Shown here: positions 13,545-27,035 of the stretch, piece by piece
Position numbering within the stretch: position 1 is the stretch's first letter
How the letters are laid out: each line of letters begins with the position of its first letter
DNA from: Octopus bimaculoides
Lineage: Eukaryota
NCBI RefSeq assembly: GCF_001194135.2
Contig: NC_068991.1
Coordinates: 42,784,939 to 42,848,938, forward strand
Direction: 5' to 3'
Length of the DNA: 64,000 nt
Position numbers and translations under genes: made by a program
The notes under the pieces: generated by a model
Told to the model about the DNA's origin: nothing
Database searches by the model: none
The model's input: only the letters and a program-made list of their open reading frames with translations

Positions 13545-15584
13545 TTACTGAAATGATTCATGATTGTTGCCATATGATGCCCTATGACATTTAAGCCCAG
13601 CCAAACTTTTACACCTTTTATTACATACTAGACAACTGTACTGGCTGGCAGGAGAAATAGGTACCACCATATGCACTCTCTTAACATGCCTTGTTAGACC
13701 TCCAACTAAGAGGCACACTCTTCCACATTTTACACACGTTCTGTTATGAATTTTAATAGGCACATCATTGTTTATCATGGGTCGATTTCTATGAGAATTT
13801 TGATGGCTCACCAGGCCTGCATGACTCAAACACCCCCACCCACAAACCACACACATAAAAAGCAACACTCTCTCACTTTCCACTGGTTCCCCCCTGCTAA
13901 GCCCCCTCCTAATTCTCTCATACTTAACTCTCTCTCTCTCTCTCTCTCAAACCTTGAACAATCATCATGCACTATCTTCCTCTATCCATCACTGTCTTGT
14001 ACCTCCCTCTCCCAATTACCAGCTGCAATTTCTGTCTGTATTAGAGCATTTTTAAGGCAATCTTTAAACCTTAGTTTAGGCTTATGTGCTAGTCTCCTGT
14101 TATCTTCCAGCACACCATACAATAGCTGCTTGGGCAGTTGCTCATCACTCATCCTTATCAAATGTCCCCACCATCTCAAACGTCTTTGCAAAATCATTGA
14201 CTCTATACTTCTACTGCCACTCCTCTCAAGCACCTCTACATTACTAATGACCATTTTCCAGTTTATCCCCAAAATTTTTCTCAGACAGTATTGCTGACAT
14301 CGTTCCAATTGCCTTACCTACCTACGGTAAACAACCCATGCCTCACTCCCATTTAGCAAAGATGGGAGGATGCATGGTTATATACCTTAACTTTAATTTG
14401 TGAAGATATATTATGTTGTTTCCATAGATATCTATCAAGCCTGCCAAAAGCACTACTAACCCTGCTGATTCTGTATGAAATTTCATCAAGACCAGCAGTG
14501 CTCAAGGTCCTAAATAAATAAATCTAGGTACAGTCTCCAACCTTTGACCATTCACAGTTATAAAAGGTTTCACATACATCTTGGAGGGAGTGCGCTGGTA
14601 CATTATAACAGTTTTTTTAGATTAATTGTAAGACCCAATGCTGCACATGCTGCAGAAATCGCATTCACCATGTGCTGCATATCTTTCTGAGAATGTGGTA
14701 ACAGGTCAAAATCATCTGCATACAGAAACTCAACAAGGTGAGAATGCAGAACTTTTGTTCTATATCTTATATAGACCCCTTCAGAGCAATCTTTAAAAGC
14801 CATTTGAAAATCTATTGCGAAATATATAGCAAACAGTGTAGGAGCAGGAATATCACCTTGCTTTACACCATTTTCTACAGAAACTGGATATGATAAGGTA
14901 CGTCATTCTTATTTCCATCTTGTCATGAAATTGTCTAAGCATTCTCACAAATTTTTCAAGGCACCCTAGCTTTTTTAGGATCTCCCAAAGTGCAATTCTA
15001 TTGATAGAATCAAACGCTTTTGTTAGATCAATGAAGACCTGGTATAAGTACATATCCTGTTCGATGCACTTCTCTTGCAACTGTCTAGCTGAAAATATCA
15101 TATCCATAGTACTCCTACTATCCCAAAACCCACATTACGATTCTGCTAGAACCTCATCAGCAATGTGCAGAAGAAATCTATCCAGCATTACCCTACAAAG
15201 GACCTTTCCAGCAACAGCTAACAGACAGATGCTGCGATAATTATCACAGACATCCTTTCCACCTTTAGATTTATATAGTATCTCCATAGTTGCTTCACGC
15301 CAATCCGGAGGAACCTCTTCACTTTGCCAAACCCTCTAAATCACATCCATCAACATTGCACAAAGATGATCACCACCATATCTATATATCTCTGCACCTA
15401 GTCCATCCATACTAGGGCCCCTTCCATTGTTCAATTTCCTGATTGCTGCTTTTATTTCAGCCAGGTTTGGAACTTCTGCTGTAAGATGTTTTATTGGTCT
15501 CTCAGGTATATTATCAAGAAAAGAGATCAACTTCAGTAGGTCTATTGAGCAACTCATCAAAATGTTCCTTCCATCTCCCAACAA
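13545..15584 (-). mobile_element. RTE-clade LINE, 5'-truncated (about 2 kb): RT through C-terminus with two C2H2-like fingers
   Basis: DMIFSARQLQEKC...FIDLTKAFDSINR, EFLYADD, RFIYLG, RRLRWWGHLIRM, then CVKC...HVKRVH and CLVC...H. Several frameshifts. Confidence 0.92.
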
Positions 15585-15611
15585 TATATATATACATACT
15601 TACATACATAC

Positions 15612-15667
<56 letters not shown>

Positions 15668-16031
15668 GCATGTATATATATATATATATATATATATANN
15701 NNNNNNNNNNNNNNNNNNNNNNNNNNNNNNNNNNNNNNNNNNNNNNNNNNNNNNNNNNNNNNNNNNNNNNNNNNNNNNNNNNNNNNNNNNNNNNNNNNNN
15801 NNNNNNAACCACATGGTTCCGGGTTCAGTCCCACTGTGTGGCACCTTGGGCAAGTGTCTTCTACTATAGCCTTGGGCCGACCAAAGCCTTGTGAATGGAT
15901 TTGGTAGATGGAAATTGAAAGAAGCCTGTCATATGTGTGTGTGTGTGTCTGTCTGTCTGTTTGTCCCCCCACCATTGCTTGATAACCATTGTTGGTATGT
16001 TTACATCCTCGTAACTTAACGGTTCGGCAAA

Positions 16032-18069
16032 AGTTGTGTTGAAAAATACTAACAAATCAATGCTGTTAGCTCATAAAAACACTGCCAAATACAAGAAAGC
16101 TTTTGATAGTACGAAATCTGCTATTAAATTAGATTCATTTAATGTTAAAAAACAGATGATACATTAAATGAAAAAGTAGCTAAGGCAGACTTGCTACTAA
16201 CAGGTTATGTTGCTGAACATCACATACCTTTCATCCATATAAATCACTTAGCTAAAATTTGGAAAAAGGCCTTTCCCAATAGTGAAATAGCTAAAAATCT
16301 ACAAATGAAAAAAACAAGATTACCACACATTATGCAAGACAGAATTGCACATTATGAACAAAATGAAATCTTGGAAATTCTCAAGAAACTAAAGTTTTGC
16401 AGTATTGATAGATGAGAGTATGGACATCTCAGTGACACAAATCTTAGCAATAGTTGTTCACTTTTTTTGATGAACAATAGCCTAATGTCAAGGATGCTCT
16501 GCTGGATACAATTGTAGTAGAAAATGGTTCATCTCAGGGTTTGTATGATGCTATCAAGTCTACGCTTACAAAAGAAGATGTATCTATGAGCAACATACTT
16601 GGATTTACCAGCGATGATTGCTCAACATTGATGGGTAACATGAGTGGGTTTCAAAAATTATTGAGAAACAATATTCCAACTGTATTTACAATAGGCTGTG
16701 TTTACCATTCGTTTGCACTTTGTTCAAGTCATGCAGTGAAGGTGTTACCTTCGTATCTCAGGTCCTTTTTAAAGGACTTAACTTCTTCCTTTTCTCAAAG
16801 TAGCAAATGTCAAAATGACTTCAATATGATACAAAGTATTGTTAGCACAAAAGAAAACAAGATTCCAAAGCTTTTGCAAACTGGATGGTTGTTGCGTGAA
16901 AATGTAATTAACGCTATAATAGAACAGTGGGATGCCCTTGTACTTTATTTTCAGTCAGAGGCTAAAGTAGAAAAAGTGGACAGAGCAAAAAGGATCTATG
17001 AAACAATGATTAATAAATGGACAAAGCACATGTTGCTCTTCTTACATTATATATTAAAGAAAGTAAATGCTCTTTATGTCGAGTTTCAATCAGAACACGT
17101 TCGACTGCATCTGTTGTATACACTCGTATCCAGTGAATATGAAAGTATCCTTAGTTGCTTTATAAAAGAGGATGTTTTAGCTGTATCTAAATTATCAGAT
17201 ATTGATCTTAATAACACAGCAAATCACAAAGATATGAGTGATATTTACCTTGGTGGACATGCAATAAAATATCTAGAACAAAACCCAATCGTTGGTGACT
17301 CAGCTAAATTCAAAATTGATTGCAAAAGTTTTTTGCGCTTTCCTCTCGATGAAGCTGGAGTGTTTGCCCTCTTAGAAATACTTGATCCAAAAGTAGCGCG
17401 TGGTCTCACTAACTCTTCTCACTCGATAATTCTCTTGACATCAAACTTTCCAGCAATTGCACCAAAAAATATGCTTGATGAGTGGAGATTATTTCTGCAA
17501 TATAAAGATATTCCTGTTTCCTCAAAAAGCATCCCTGAATTCTGGTATTCCATACACAATCTTAAAGACGGGCTTGACCACTCTAAGTTTGAGAGACTGT
17601 CACAATTCATGACTAATGTAACGGTATTACCTCATTCATTAGTGTGCGTGAAGTGCATATTTTCCCAAATAAATTGCATAAAGACAAAGTGCACTAACAG
17701 GTTGAAGGCCAAAATGATCACTGACCGTCTTCTCGCTAAACAAGCAATTACAAGAAAGGGAGCGTCACACATTTCTTGGGAGCTGAACGCTAAACTTATT
17801 AAAGATGTAGTGGATGAGTCTTGTCATCGTAGATTGAACTTTAAAAAGGAAGGAGTGAATGAAGATGATGTGGATATGTACAAAATTGACAATTAGCTGC
17901 CATATGATATAAAGTATTAAACTCTGTATTCATTTTGTCATATAACATATTTTATCATTAAATTACCAATTATATACCTATTTTCCAACATCTGGGTTTA
18001 TAAAATAGGATCTGGGCTTTTTGCAGCAAATAATCTGGGTGTTTTATTATTTGATGAGTGACAACCCTG
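16032..18069 (+). mobile_element. hAT-superfamily DNA transposon, left end missing
   Basis: Transposase remnants from about 16036, right terminus gagtgacaaccctg at 18056-18069 (CAGGGTTG.. on the minus strand), three subterminal atctggg motifs. Confidence 0.85.
16541..17896 (+). pseudogene. hAT transposase (RNase H-like core plus hATC dimerisation region), 451-aa open segment; upstream part in 16191-16415
   Basis: Frameshifted DES motif near 16410, FTSDDCS, GCVYHSFALC, QTGWL, PEFW, LPHSLVCVKCIFSQIN. Several family-conserved residues are substituted. Confidence 0.85.
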
Positions 18070-18371
18070 CTCATGGCAAGTTGACCACAAAGCCTTGTTT
18101 TGGGAAGCAATAAATTAGACAAATAATTGCAGAGTTAGTGGGTAGGCTCCTTACTCTGTAATGGTGCATGTATATTCTTTGTGTGCATGCAATGGACTGT
18201 CATTTTCAAAATAAGATTCTACAATTTTAGTTTGATGGACTGTGCTTATTTCTTCATAACAAATTTCCAAAGGTTCATATTTCAATATCTGAAACAAAAG
18301 AAAAATTATAATTATTAGCAAAATTGCTTTGAATTTCTTAAATAGAAGTACAATTTCTGGGCCACCCTGTA
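18070..18371. mobile_element. Tc1/mariner-like terminal fragment adjoining the hAT
   Basis: Ends caatttctgggccaccctg followed by ta; its reverse complement TA-CAGGGTGGCCCAG resembles Tc1/mariner termini. No partner end found. Confidence 0.45.
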
Positions 18372-18793
18372 TGTTTAACTTGCTTTAGACATTAGACTGT
18401 AGCCAAGCTGGAGCACCACCTTGAATCGTTTAGTCAAGCAAATCAACTCCAAAACTTATTTTTAAGTTTAATCCTTATTCTATCAGTCACTTTTACTGAC
18501 CTGCTAAGTTATGGGAATGTAAACAAAGCAACACTGGTAGTCAAGTGGTGGTGGATAAATAAAACACAAAGACACACACACACACACAGATACATAACAG
18601 GCTTCTTTCAGTTCCCATCTAGCAATCTACCAAATCCACTCATAAGGCTTTGGTTGGCTCAGAGTTATTGTAGAAGACACTTGCTCAAGGCACTACTCAG
18701 TGGGTCTGAACCCAGAACTATGTGGTTGGGATGCAAGCTTCTTACCACACAGCTACATGGATACATACATACATACATACATACATACATACA

Positions 18794-18824
<31 letters not shown>

Positions 18825-20396
18825 GTATATATTTATTTTATGCTAATGTGGATTGAACAGGTTTGCAAATTTGGATAATATTAGCATGTGTATGCATGTG
18901 CATTTAGAGAGAGAGAAAGAAACAGACGGGCAGACAGACAGACAGAAGTGGGACAGAGAATGTTATTTACATAATTTGAATGAATCTTATTAATACTGAC
19001 TATTCAAGCAGGAAACAAGAATTGTATCTATTATAACAGGAGCCAAAAATAAGTAAAAGAAGAAAAAAATCACAATTCATGATATCATTTTTTTCTTTTG
19101 TTTTCATAAATATTCTTATTAATTTATACTATATTGGAATCCATATTTTAGAATTAAAATCAATATTGAATTATTAATACATTAAAATATAATACCAAAT
19201 TATTATATAATTAAATGATTGATTAGCACAAAACGAGAATTTTTGTATGGAATATTGTTGATTGAACTGGCTCCAGTAAAAGTCTAAGAATTATTTTACA
19301 AACCCTTGAGGAACTGAAAGCAAGTTGGATCCAATGGGATTTGAACTCAGAATGCAGAAGACAGAATTAAATACTGTAAGGCGTTAAGTCTCTGGAGCAT
19401 AATTATTCCTACCAATCCACTGCCTTAGTATTAAGTATTATTGATTCACATTGGTGCAAAGCAACAATTTGTAGGAAAGAAATGTAGTCAATTGACTGGT
19501 ACTTATTTAAGCAATTCCAGAGAGAGAAAAGGGAAGAAGAGGAGAAAAAAAAATCAATCCTAGTGGGATTTGAACTCAGAAATTATGGAGAGTGATAAAT
19601 TTAACATTTGTAAGATATTTAGTCTACTGCTCTACCATTTCTACTACTAAACAACAACAATATTGATTTTTAACATAAGTATAAACAACACAAATTTTGC
19701 GAGTGGGGAGGGCCTATTTTAATATACTTCCTTTTTGCTTTTGTTTGTTTATTAATTATAAAATATGTTTATAAAGTCGATTTAGTTATATGAAAAGAAA
19801 GGGTTTGTATATTGCATTTAAATTAGTTGAGAAGGTATTTTATATTGTTTGGATTAAATATATTCAATAGAATATCAGAAGATGGATAGCATACTTGTTA
19901 ATCACCTCTGCACTATAGTATTTGCAGAAATAAATTTTGGTGAAGTGAACAGATGATTGTCTTGATGGTTGTTTTTAAATGAAAAATGAAAGGAAAATTT
20001 GACCTTGGCAGGATTTAAACTCAGAATATGAAGGGATGCTACACAATACTATAAAGCATTTTATTTGTCACTGTAACAATTCAAATTAATATTGAATTAT
20101 GTTATTAATCTAGCATTGCGAGAGGTTACAGTCAACAGAATTAACTGCTAGTACTTCAGTGGTACTTTATTTTATCAATGTCTGGAAGGATGAAAAGCAA
20201 AGTTGACCTTGACAGGATTTGAACTCAGAATGTAGAAGTAAATAATTAAATATCACAAGGCATTTTGTGCAATGATCTAACAAGTCTATCAATATAAGCA
20301 TCACAACAGAGATTTATATGTCAAGGTCAAATCAACCTGATGTAGTATATCGCTTTACAGGCTATTGAAAGCAAGAATCACTAATAAAGGAAGACA

Positions 20397-20479
<83 letters not shown>

Positions 20480-20695
20480 GTATATGTATATGTATGTGTG
20501 TGTATGTGTTTGTGTGTCTGTGTTTGTCCACCCAACATCGGGTGTGTTTACATCCCCATAACTTAACGGTTCGGCAAAAGAGACCGATAGAATAAGTACT
20601 AGGCTTACAAAGAATAAATCCTGTGGTCGATTTGCTTGACTAAAGGTGGTGCTCCAGCATGGCTGCTGTCAAGTGACTGAAACAAGTAAAAGAGT

Positions 20696-20740
<45 letters not shown>

Positions 20741-20779
20741 GTGTTTTTCTCAGAGAATTTATGGTGGTAGTAGTGTCTT

Positions 20780-21212
20780 TTGATATCTATTCCACAATTC
20801 CTACACCAACAGTAAAAAGTGTGGCCACCCAACTGTGGGACCTGCATCAACCTTATTGAAGACACAACATACAAATTCAAATCAGGACAGATTTTTACCG
20901 CAAAAAATCACTTTACATGTTCTTCAAGGAATTTAATAAACGCTATCAAATGTCAAAGATATAATGAAGATCACATGTCAAACAAAGCTTACTCTGAGAA
21001 ATAGATTGACCAATCACCAACAACAAATACGAAACTCCAGTACTAGACAGATTCTACTGAGTGGACACATAGACATATGTGCAAAAAATAAGTCCCCAAA
21101 ATTCCAGGTCTTCCCACTCTACCTATGTTCAGCAAATACCACAGATGAAGTACGGATAAACAAAGAAAATACTTTCATACAAAACTACAAACCAAGACTT
21201 AACAAACTTTAA
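20780..21212 (+). mobile_element. Penelope-like element, GIY-YIG endonuclease fragment; 3' non-coding part probably extends to about 21800
   Basis: C-x4-CGTC...FTCSSRNLINAIKCQ...QTKLTLRNRLTNH...ENTFIQNYKPRLN across ORFs 20819-21004 and 20964-21212. Confidence 0.85.
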
Positions 21213-22085
21213 CAGAGTACATACACAAATAACTATTCACACACAAAACTCATTCTGCCACTTATCATAAAGAATCTACACAGCTAACAACCTAAACTTT
21301 AGCTACTGAATTACATACAAACAACTCCTGTCCACTCTCCCACCAGACAGATTAAATTTGGAGTGCCTTCATTATAACTAAACATGTTCACTCAATCATG
21401 TTGGCCTTCTTTTTAGGTGCAAAATATACTGTCATGTAACACTAATGAACGAATGTAGCAGGGAATGTACAAAAGGTTATAAACTTAATCATGTATTCAT
21501 TCTCTACAAACACTTGACTGAAAACATTCAGAACATTGATTGTTTTGACATGTTCATTCAACTGTGCCAGCCTTAACTTATGATGCCAAACATTGTCATC
21601 TGATACTAACACACGGACGTAGCGGGGGACCTACAAAGATTTCTAAAGACCAGTCATGGGACTATCTTCTGCCAATCAAATCTTATTCAAAACATATACT
21701 AATCTGAGCCATGAAGCCCCAATAAAAATAGAGCAAGCTTCAAACACTAGTCAGAAGCAAGACAGCTGCAACATAAACCATATCTTTCTATTTGAACTTT
21801 TTGAAAATCAGCGAAAACTGTAAAACTGGTTAAAGCTTTAAATATATTAATAAAAAGTATTTTAATTATTCTCAATGCAGTTTCAACTTCTATTTTTCCT
21901 ATATGTATATATATATTTGTATGTGTAACGTAATAGTTTAGAAAAAAACCATTGGTTTCATATCTAGCTTGATAAAGGTTCTCTGCAAAGAATGTTTTTT
22001 TAAACACGAGAATGCCAGTGATAGTTCAAGAAATATTCCTCTTAAAAAATCATGGCCGGGCTAGTTGTCTTCCTTTGCTTGGTAT

Positions 22086-22752
22086 CTAGGTTTTCCAATT
22101 TTGAAGTAAAAATTTCCGAAAATGTGGACAACTCCCCACGGCTTCCATCCTAGTGTTCAGGTAGCCTCCTGGCTCATGTGAATTCATGAGGATAGTATAT
22201 CTTTCTGCCATGCACAATTTACACAGTCTTGTTCCATTGCAATAGGGTCCACAAGTTTCCAGTAATTTCCACCTGATGTTAAAGAGTGTATGATCGTCCT
22301 TTAGGCACCATACATATGCTGCGAGTGTTGTTGTGTTGCATCTCTCCAGGACCCTGAAAGATCTGTGGTTGTTCAGGCGAATTTTAAATTTGGATTCACA
22401 AGATCCAACGTAAATTTTAGTGTGTCCCTGTGTTGGCATTGATGTTACTGATATTTGTGCTGCTTCTGTTTGAGGCTACCTTTGCTTAGTACACTGTAGC
22501 CTCGGTGTTACATCAGCTGTCCACTGGGCATTCATTTCTAATCCTGCATGAACAACCTGCCTCTGTCCGTAGTTTAGGAATGCTAAGTAATTTTTTCTTA
22601 ACGTTGGGTGCACAACTGAAAGAGATTCTTAAATTATGTCTGTTAAAAATATTTCTATATTTGTGTGATTGCGTGAAATGCTTATCAACCAACCTAAGAA
22701 AAATTCTACCTACGCATGTCCGGACATTTAGGGAGAAGTGGGGTGCAAACCA
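22086..22752 (-). mobile_element. Second Penelope-like lineage (Neptune-like): Cys-rich linker plus GIY-YIG fragment
   Basis: By-eye minus-strand translation WFAPHFSLNVRT..GRIFL.LVDKHF...FNRHNL..SFSC...CSCR...CP...C, then YVGSCESKFKIRLNNH...CKLC...LNTR.E...CPH (ORF 22086-22439). Confidence 0.85.
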
Positions 22753-24759
22753 TTCCTCCAGCTCACTCAGCTGGCAAAAATGAGTAGTACCTGTAGTTCA
22801 AAGGGTCAGCCTTGTCACACTGTGTCATGCTGAATCTCCTTGAGAATTACGTTAAGGGCACACATGTCTGTGGAATGCTCAGCCACTTGCATGTTAATTT
22901 CATGAGCAGGCTGTTCCGTTGATTGAATCGACTGGAACAGTCATCAGCGTAACCAACAGAGGGCCCTGATGATAACAAGGTACAGTTCATTGATGGGAGT
23001 TTGTCGGGAAAGTCGCTTTATTTAGAGAGTGATCTCTCCCTCTCTAGCCTACATTCTACAATCCTACATTTCTCTTTCCTTCAATAACTCTCAGGATCCT
23101 TACCACCCTCATCTAATTCCTCTCTTTCCATTTTCTTCACACCTTCTACTCATATTTACCTTTATACTCATAATTACCTTCCACCTACACAACTGTCTTA
23201 TCACCTAATAACTTTTTCCCTCTCTTTCTCACTAAATCCTTTCTCTTCCCTCTATCCATTTCATAGTCCTTCATGCACACCCCACCCCAATAGTGTCCAG
23301 TTTGTTACTCTCTTCATTACCACTCCCTTAGAGCTATAAATATGTTCCACTCAACACCTTGCCTAAAGGCATCACATATACTCCCCCTCTTTTTCTTATA
23401 TATTCCTTCAGTTATGGAGGTTCTTTTAAAGCCCTTCAGCCTGTCAAGTTTTAAGGTGAACTTACAAATGCTAGTGCCACAAAAAAAAAAAGCACCAAGT
23501 ACACTCTGTAAAATGGTTGGTATTAGGAAAGACATCCAACCATTTGAATATCTATGATCCATATATTCACTTGTCTGTAAGCATGTACATGATACACAAA
23601 TATATATGGCCCATACAGGCAAAAAAAAATATAGATAACAGAAGCATATAAATCTAAATCTATAGGATAACATACAGATGTATGAACCCATACATGAAAA
23701 CAACATACGTAACACTTGAATATAAATGATCCATACATTCCCAAGCATATAAATAATGTACACACACACACACACACACACGACCCACACATACATATCC
23801 TCAGACAATGGTAAGCAAAAATAGAAAGAACAATTGCATCTTATTCTCTCCCATCTCTCTCTCCAAGTCATTCCTTGCTTTTTGTTTGTTTGTTTTTAAG
23901 CATTTGTTGCTTTATGTTTGGAGCTCCATAAAAGTGCAAAAGAATGGTTAATTCATTGAGATTATCTACAACACTGTAACTGTTAACACAAACGAGTTTT
24001 TATTTATTCACTTATTACTTTTTTGTTATAAGACTTCTATTTTTATAGCTACCACACGAAGGCTATTTAATACTAGTTTTGTTGACTATATCCGTGTACT
24101 CATACACATTCATATACGAATGTTTAGATTATATGCATATATTTACACTATAATTTTTAAGCACATATTTTTTATGTCAGCCCTTCCGCTTTTGCCTCCA
24201 CAATATTTTTATAGGTTCAATGTTCCTACAAATTTAAATATTTGCGTGAATTTTTACAATGAGATTTTTTTTGTTTTTCCTAATAACTTACATTGAAACG
24301 AGCTAGGGGTAAGATCTTCCTTTTCTCAACAGATTTATTTGAGTAGAAATGTGCCTAGGTAGTTTGAATGGTACAATATTATGCTAACATGTAAAAAGGT
24401 TTGATTATAGTGTCTACATTTATACAAGTTCAACTTATACATATATTGCTAATTCTCAGCCGATTTTACCTTTCATCCTTTTGGGGTTGATAAAATAAAT
24501 ACCAGGTATGCACTGGTGGTGGTGGTGGTGGTGGGGGGATATGTGATTAACTTACCCCCTCTCTTCAAATTGCTGGCCTTGTGCTAGAATTTGAAACCAA
24601 TATTAACAAACAGCACTGCATGCAAGCACGGTTGTGAGATTAAGAAGCTTGCTTCAACCACATGGTTTCAGGCTCAGTTCCACAGCATGGTACTTTAGGT
24701 ATCTTCAACCAAAGTCTTGTCAATGAATTTGTGAGATAAAAGCTGAAAGAACATCATCC

Positions 24760-24811
<52 letters not shown>

Positions 24812-25149
24812 CGTGCGTGCGTGTGTGGAAGAGGGGAACTTCATCTTGTTTGTCTCTATTGCAGGTGAGAATATCATAGTTGTTGACTGCTTCTTTTATC
24901 TCAGCAATGTGATCCAAAATAATATTAGTTGCAAGTCCCAAGTCTTAAAAAGAATTGGACATGCTGATTCAGTTGTGGACTTCTTGGACAAGGATGTTTA
25001 ATGTTGCCAATATCTGAGCAAAAGGGCAATGGTTTAAGATTTCAAGTCTCTAGACCTCTCTGCCTTGCTCTATAATCATGTGACTTGGACACTGTTTGAG
25101 GCCCTTAGATGCTGCCTGAATTCCTTTGGCACCAGGATGCTTAGCAGGA

Positions 25150-25690
25150 TTATGGGTTACCATTGGTCAGATTTTGTATCCAACCAATGACTATACTTAG
25201 AAACTGTTACTTGTATGATTCAGGAGCATCAGCTTAGACTGGTCACATTGCTTGATTTTTCCAAGTTAGATACTGTTATGGATTACAGGTAAGTTCACCA
25301 CCATCAATTCACCATGAAGAAAGTTCACTCTGAGGAAAGTTCAATGCAAGGAAAATTTACTGAGAAAATATATCCATAGTATTTCACCATGAATAGTTAA
25401 AAACTAGTTTATTGAAAAAAAAATGGTGAATTGTTGATGAACTTTCCTGCAGTGAATTGATGATGGTGAACTTACTGGACGTGCTTGTTATGTGTTCTCT
25501 TTTCTGAGGATCTGGCTGGGGTAACAGCTCATGTTGGCTGGCCATATGTCACATGGTCACAGCAGATGAGGAAGTATCTTGTGGAAATGGGGGTTGACTG
25601 GGATAATGCTTGGAGGGTTGTCCAGGATGACCCAAGAAAATACCAACAAATGGTGGGTGTAGTTATGCACTACAACAATGCAAGCCCACA
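25150..25690 (+). mobile_element. RTE-type LINE 3' fragment interrupted by a MITE
   Basis: TVTCMIQEHQLRL at about 25205 and SEDLAG...GWPYVTW at 25500-25560; same family as the minus-strand fragment at 55437-55628. Confidence 0.65.
25280..25484. mobile_element. About 205-bp MITE with about 24-bp TIRs (superfamily unassigned)
   Basis: gtaagttcaccaccatcaattcac (25289-25312) versus gtgaattgatgatggtgaacttac (25452-25475), one mismatch; possible duplication ctgttat/ttgttat at the flanks. Confidence 0.75.
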
Positions 25691-26713
25691 TACCTGACCT
25701 GATCTGTATGTATGTGGTATGCATGTCTTTCCTCATCTTGACATTGCATGATGGTTGTAAACAAGTGTAACCATCATACAAGTGATGCCATTTATTTTAT
25801 TACCAATCTTCTGTAGAAAACAAACCTAACCATGGGGAAATAGCTTGCTTGCAAACAGGTGAAGGTCAGGAAGAAGATGAAGGGCAACCGGCCATAGAAA
25901 ATCTTCATCATCATTATCATTTAACATCCGTTGTTCATACTAGCATGGGTTGGACAATTTAACTGAGCTGGCAAGCTGGAAGGCTGCACCAGACTCCAGT
26001 CTGATTTGGCATGGTTTCTATGGCTAGATGCCCTTCCTAATGCCAACCGCTCCAAGAGTGTAATAGATGCTTTTTTACATGCCACCAGCATGGGTGCCAT
26101 TTGTGTGACACTGGTATCTGCCACAACTGTGATTTTGCTCAGCTTGATGGGTCGTCCTCAACAAATTCTAACTGACCAAGCAAGCATGGAAAAGCAGACT
26201 TTAAAATGATGATGATGATGATGATGACGATGACAATGATGATGACGATGACGATGATGATGACGATGCGATGTCCTTATTTCTTAAGTATTGAAACTAG
26301 TTTACGCAAGCTTTTAGCTTCTGGATATAAATTTCTTTTGCCTGCTTGTAACTAACTTTTTTTCTTAATTTATGTTGGCAGATCAGATGTTCAGCTTTCT
26401 CCATTATCATGTCTGAGATATAACAGATGACAGATCAATGTTTCCCATCAGACCAGTCATATTTGGCTAACATCAATATTATTATACATTACATGCCTTG
26501 ATGTATAATATTGATTTACAGCTTTTGTTGGGAACAAATGTAGCTAACTGAAACAGTTCAGTACATTACTGGTACATATTTTATCAACCCTGGAGAAATG
26601 AAAAGTAAAATATTTTCAGGAGGAATTAAATTCAGAGTTAAACTTTTCAATACCAAACCACCTGAAATTACCCCTAGTTCTATGATACAAACATCATGTT
26701 TTCAAATGATCAT

Positions 26714-27035
26714 GAAGGCATGTGGCTTAGTGGTTAAGGTATTTGGTTCACAATCATAAAGTTGTGAGTTTGATTCCTGGCAGCACATTGTATCCTTGAA
26801 CGAGACACTTTATTTCACATTCCTCCAGTTCATTCAGCTGGCAAAAATGAGAAGTACTTGTATTTCAAAGGGCCAGCCTTGTCACACTCTGTGTTACACA
26901 GAATCTTCCTGAGAACTACTTTAAGGGTATGCATGTTTGTGGAATGCTCAGCCACTTGCACATTAATTTCATGAGCAGGCTGTTCTGTTGATTGGGTCAA
27001 CTGGAACAGTCGTTATTGTAAGTGACGGAGTGCCA
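26714..27035 (+). mobile_element. SINE-C, tRNA-headed, near full length
   Basis: A-box-like tggcttagtgg and B-box-like gagtttgattcc; the body is shared with 22753-22965. Related heads at about 10185 and 36639-36935(-), the latter with a (tacccctt)-like tail ttaccctttaccc. Confidence 0.8.

Noticed and set aside
21695-21760. Hammerhead-like remnants after the first Penelope fragment (atgaagc...gcttcaaacactagtc)
   Set aside because: Both core strands are broken and no stem I can be formed.
24845-25010. Possible LINE endonuclease remnant on the minus strand (NYDILTCNRDK)
   Set aside because: Only one weak motif; too degenerate to call.
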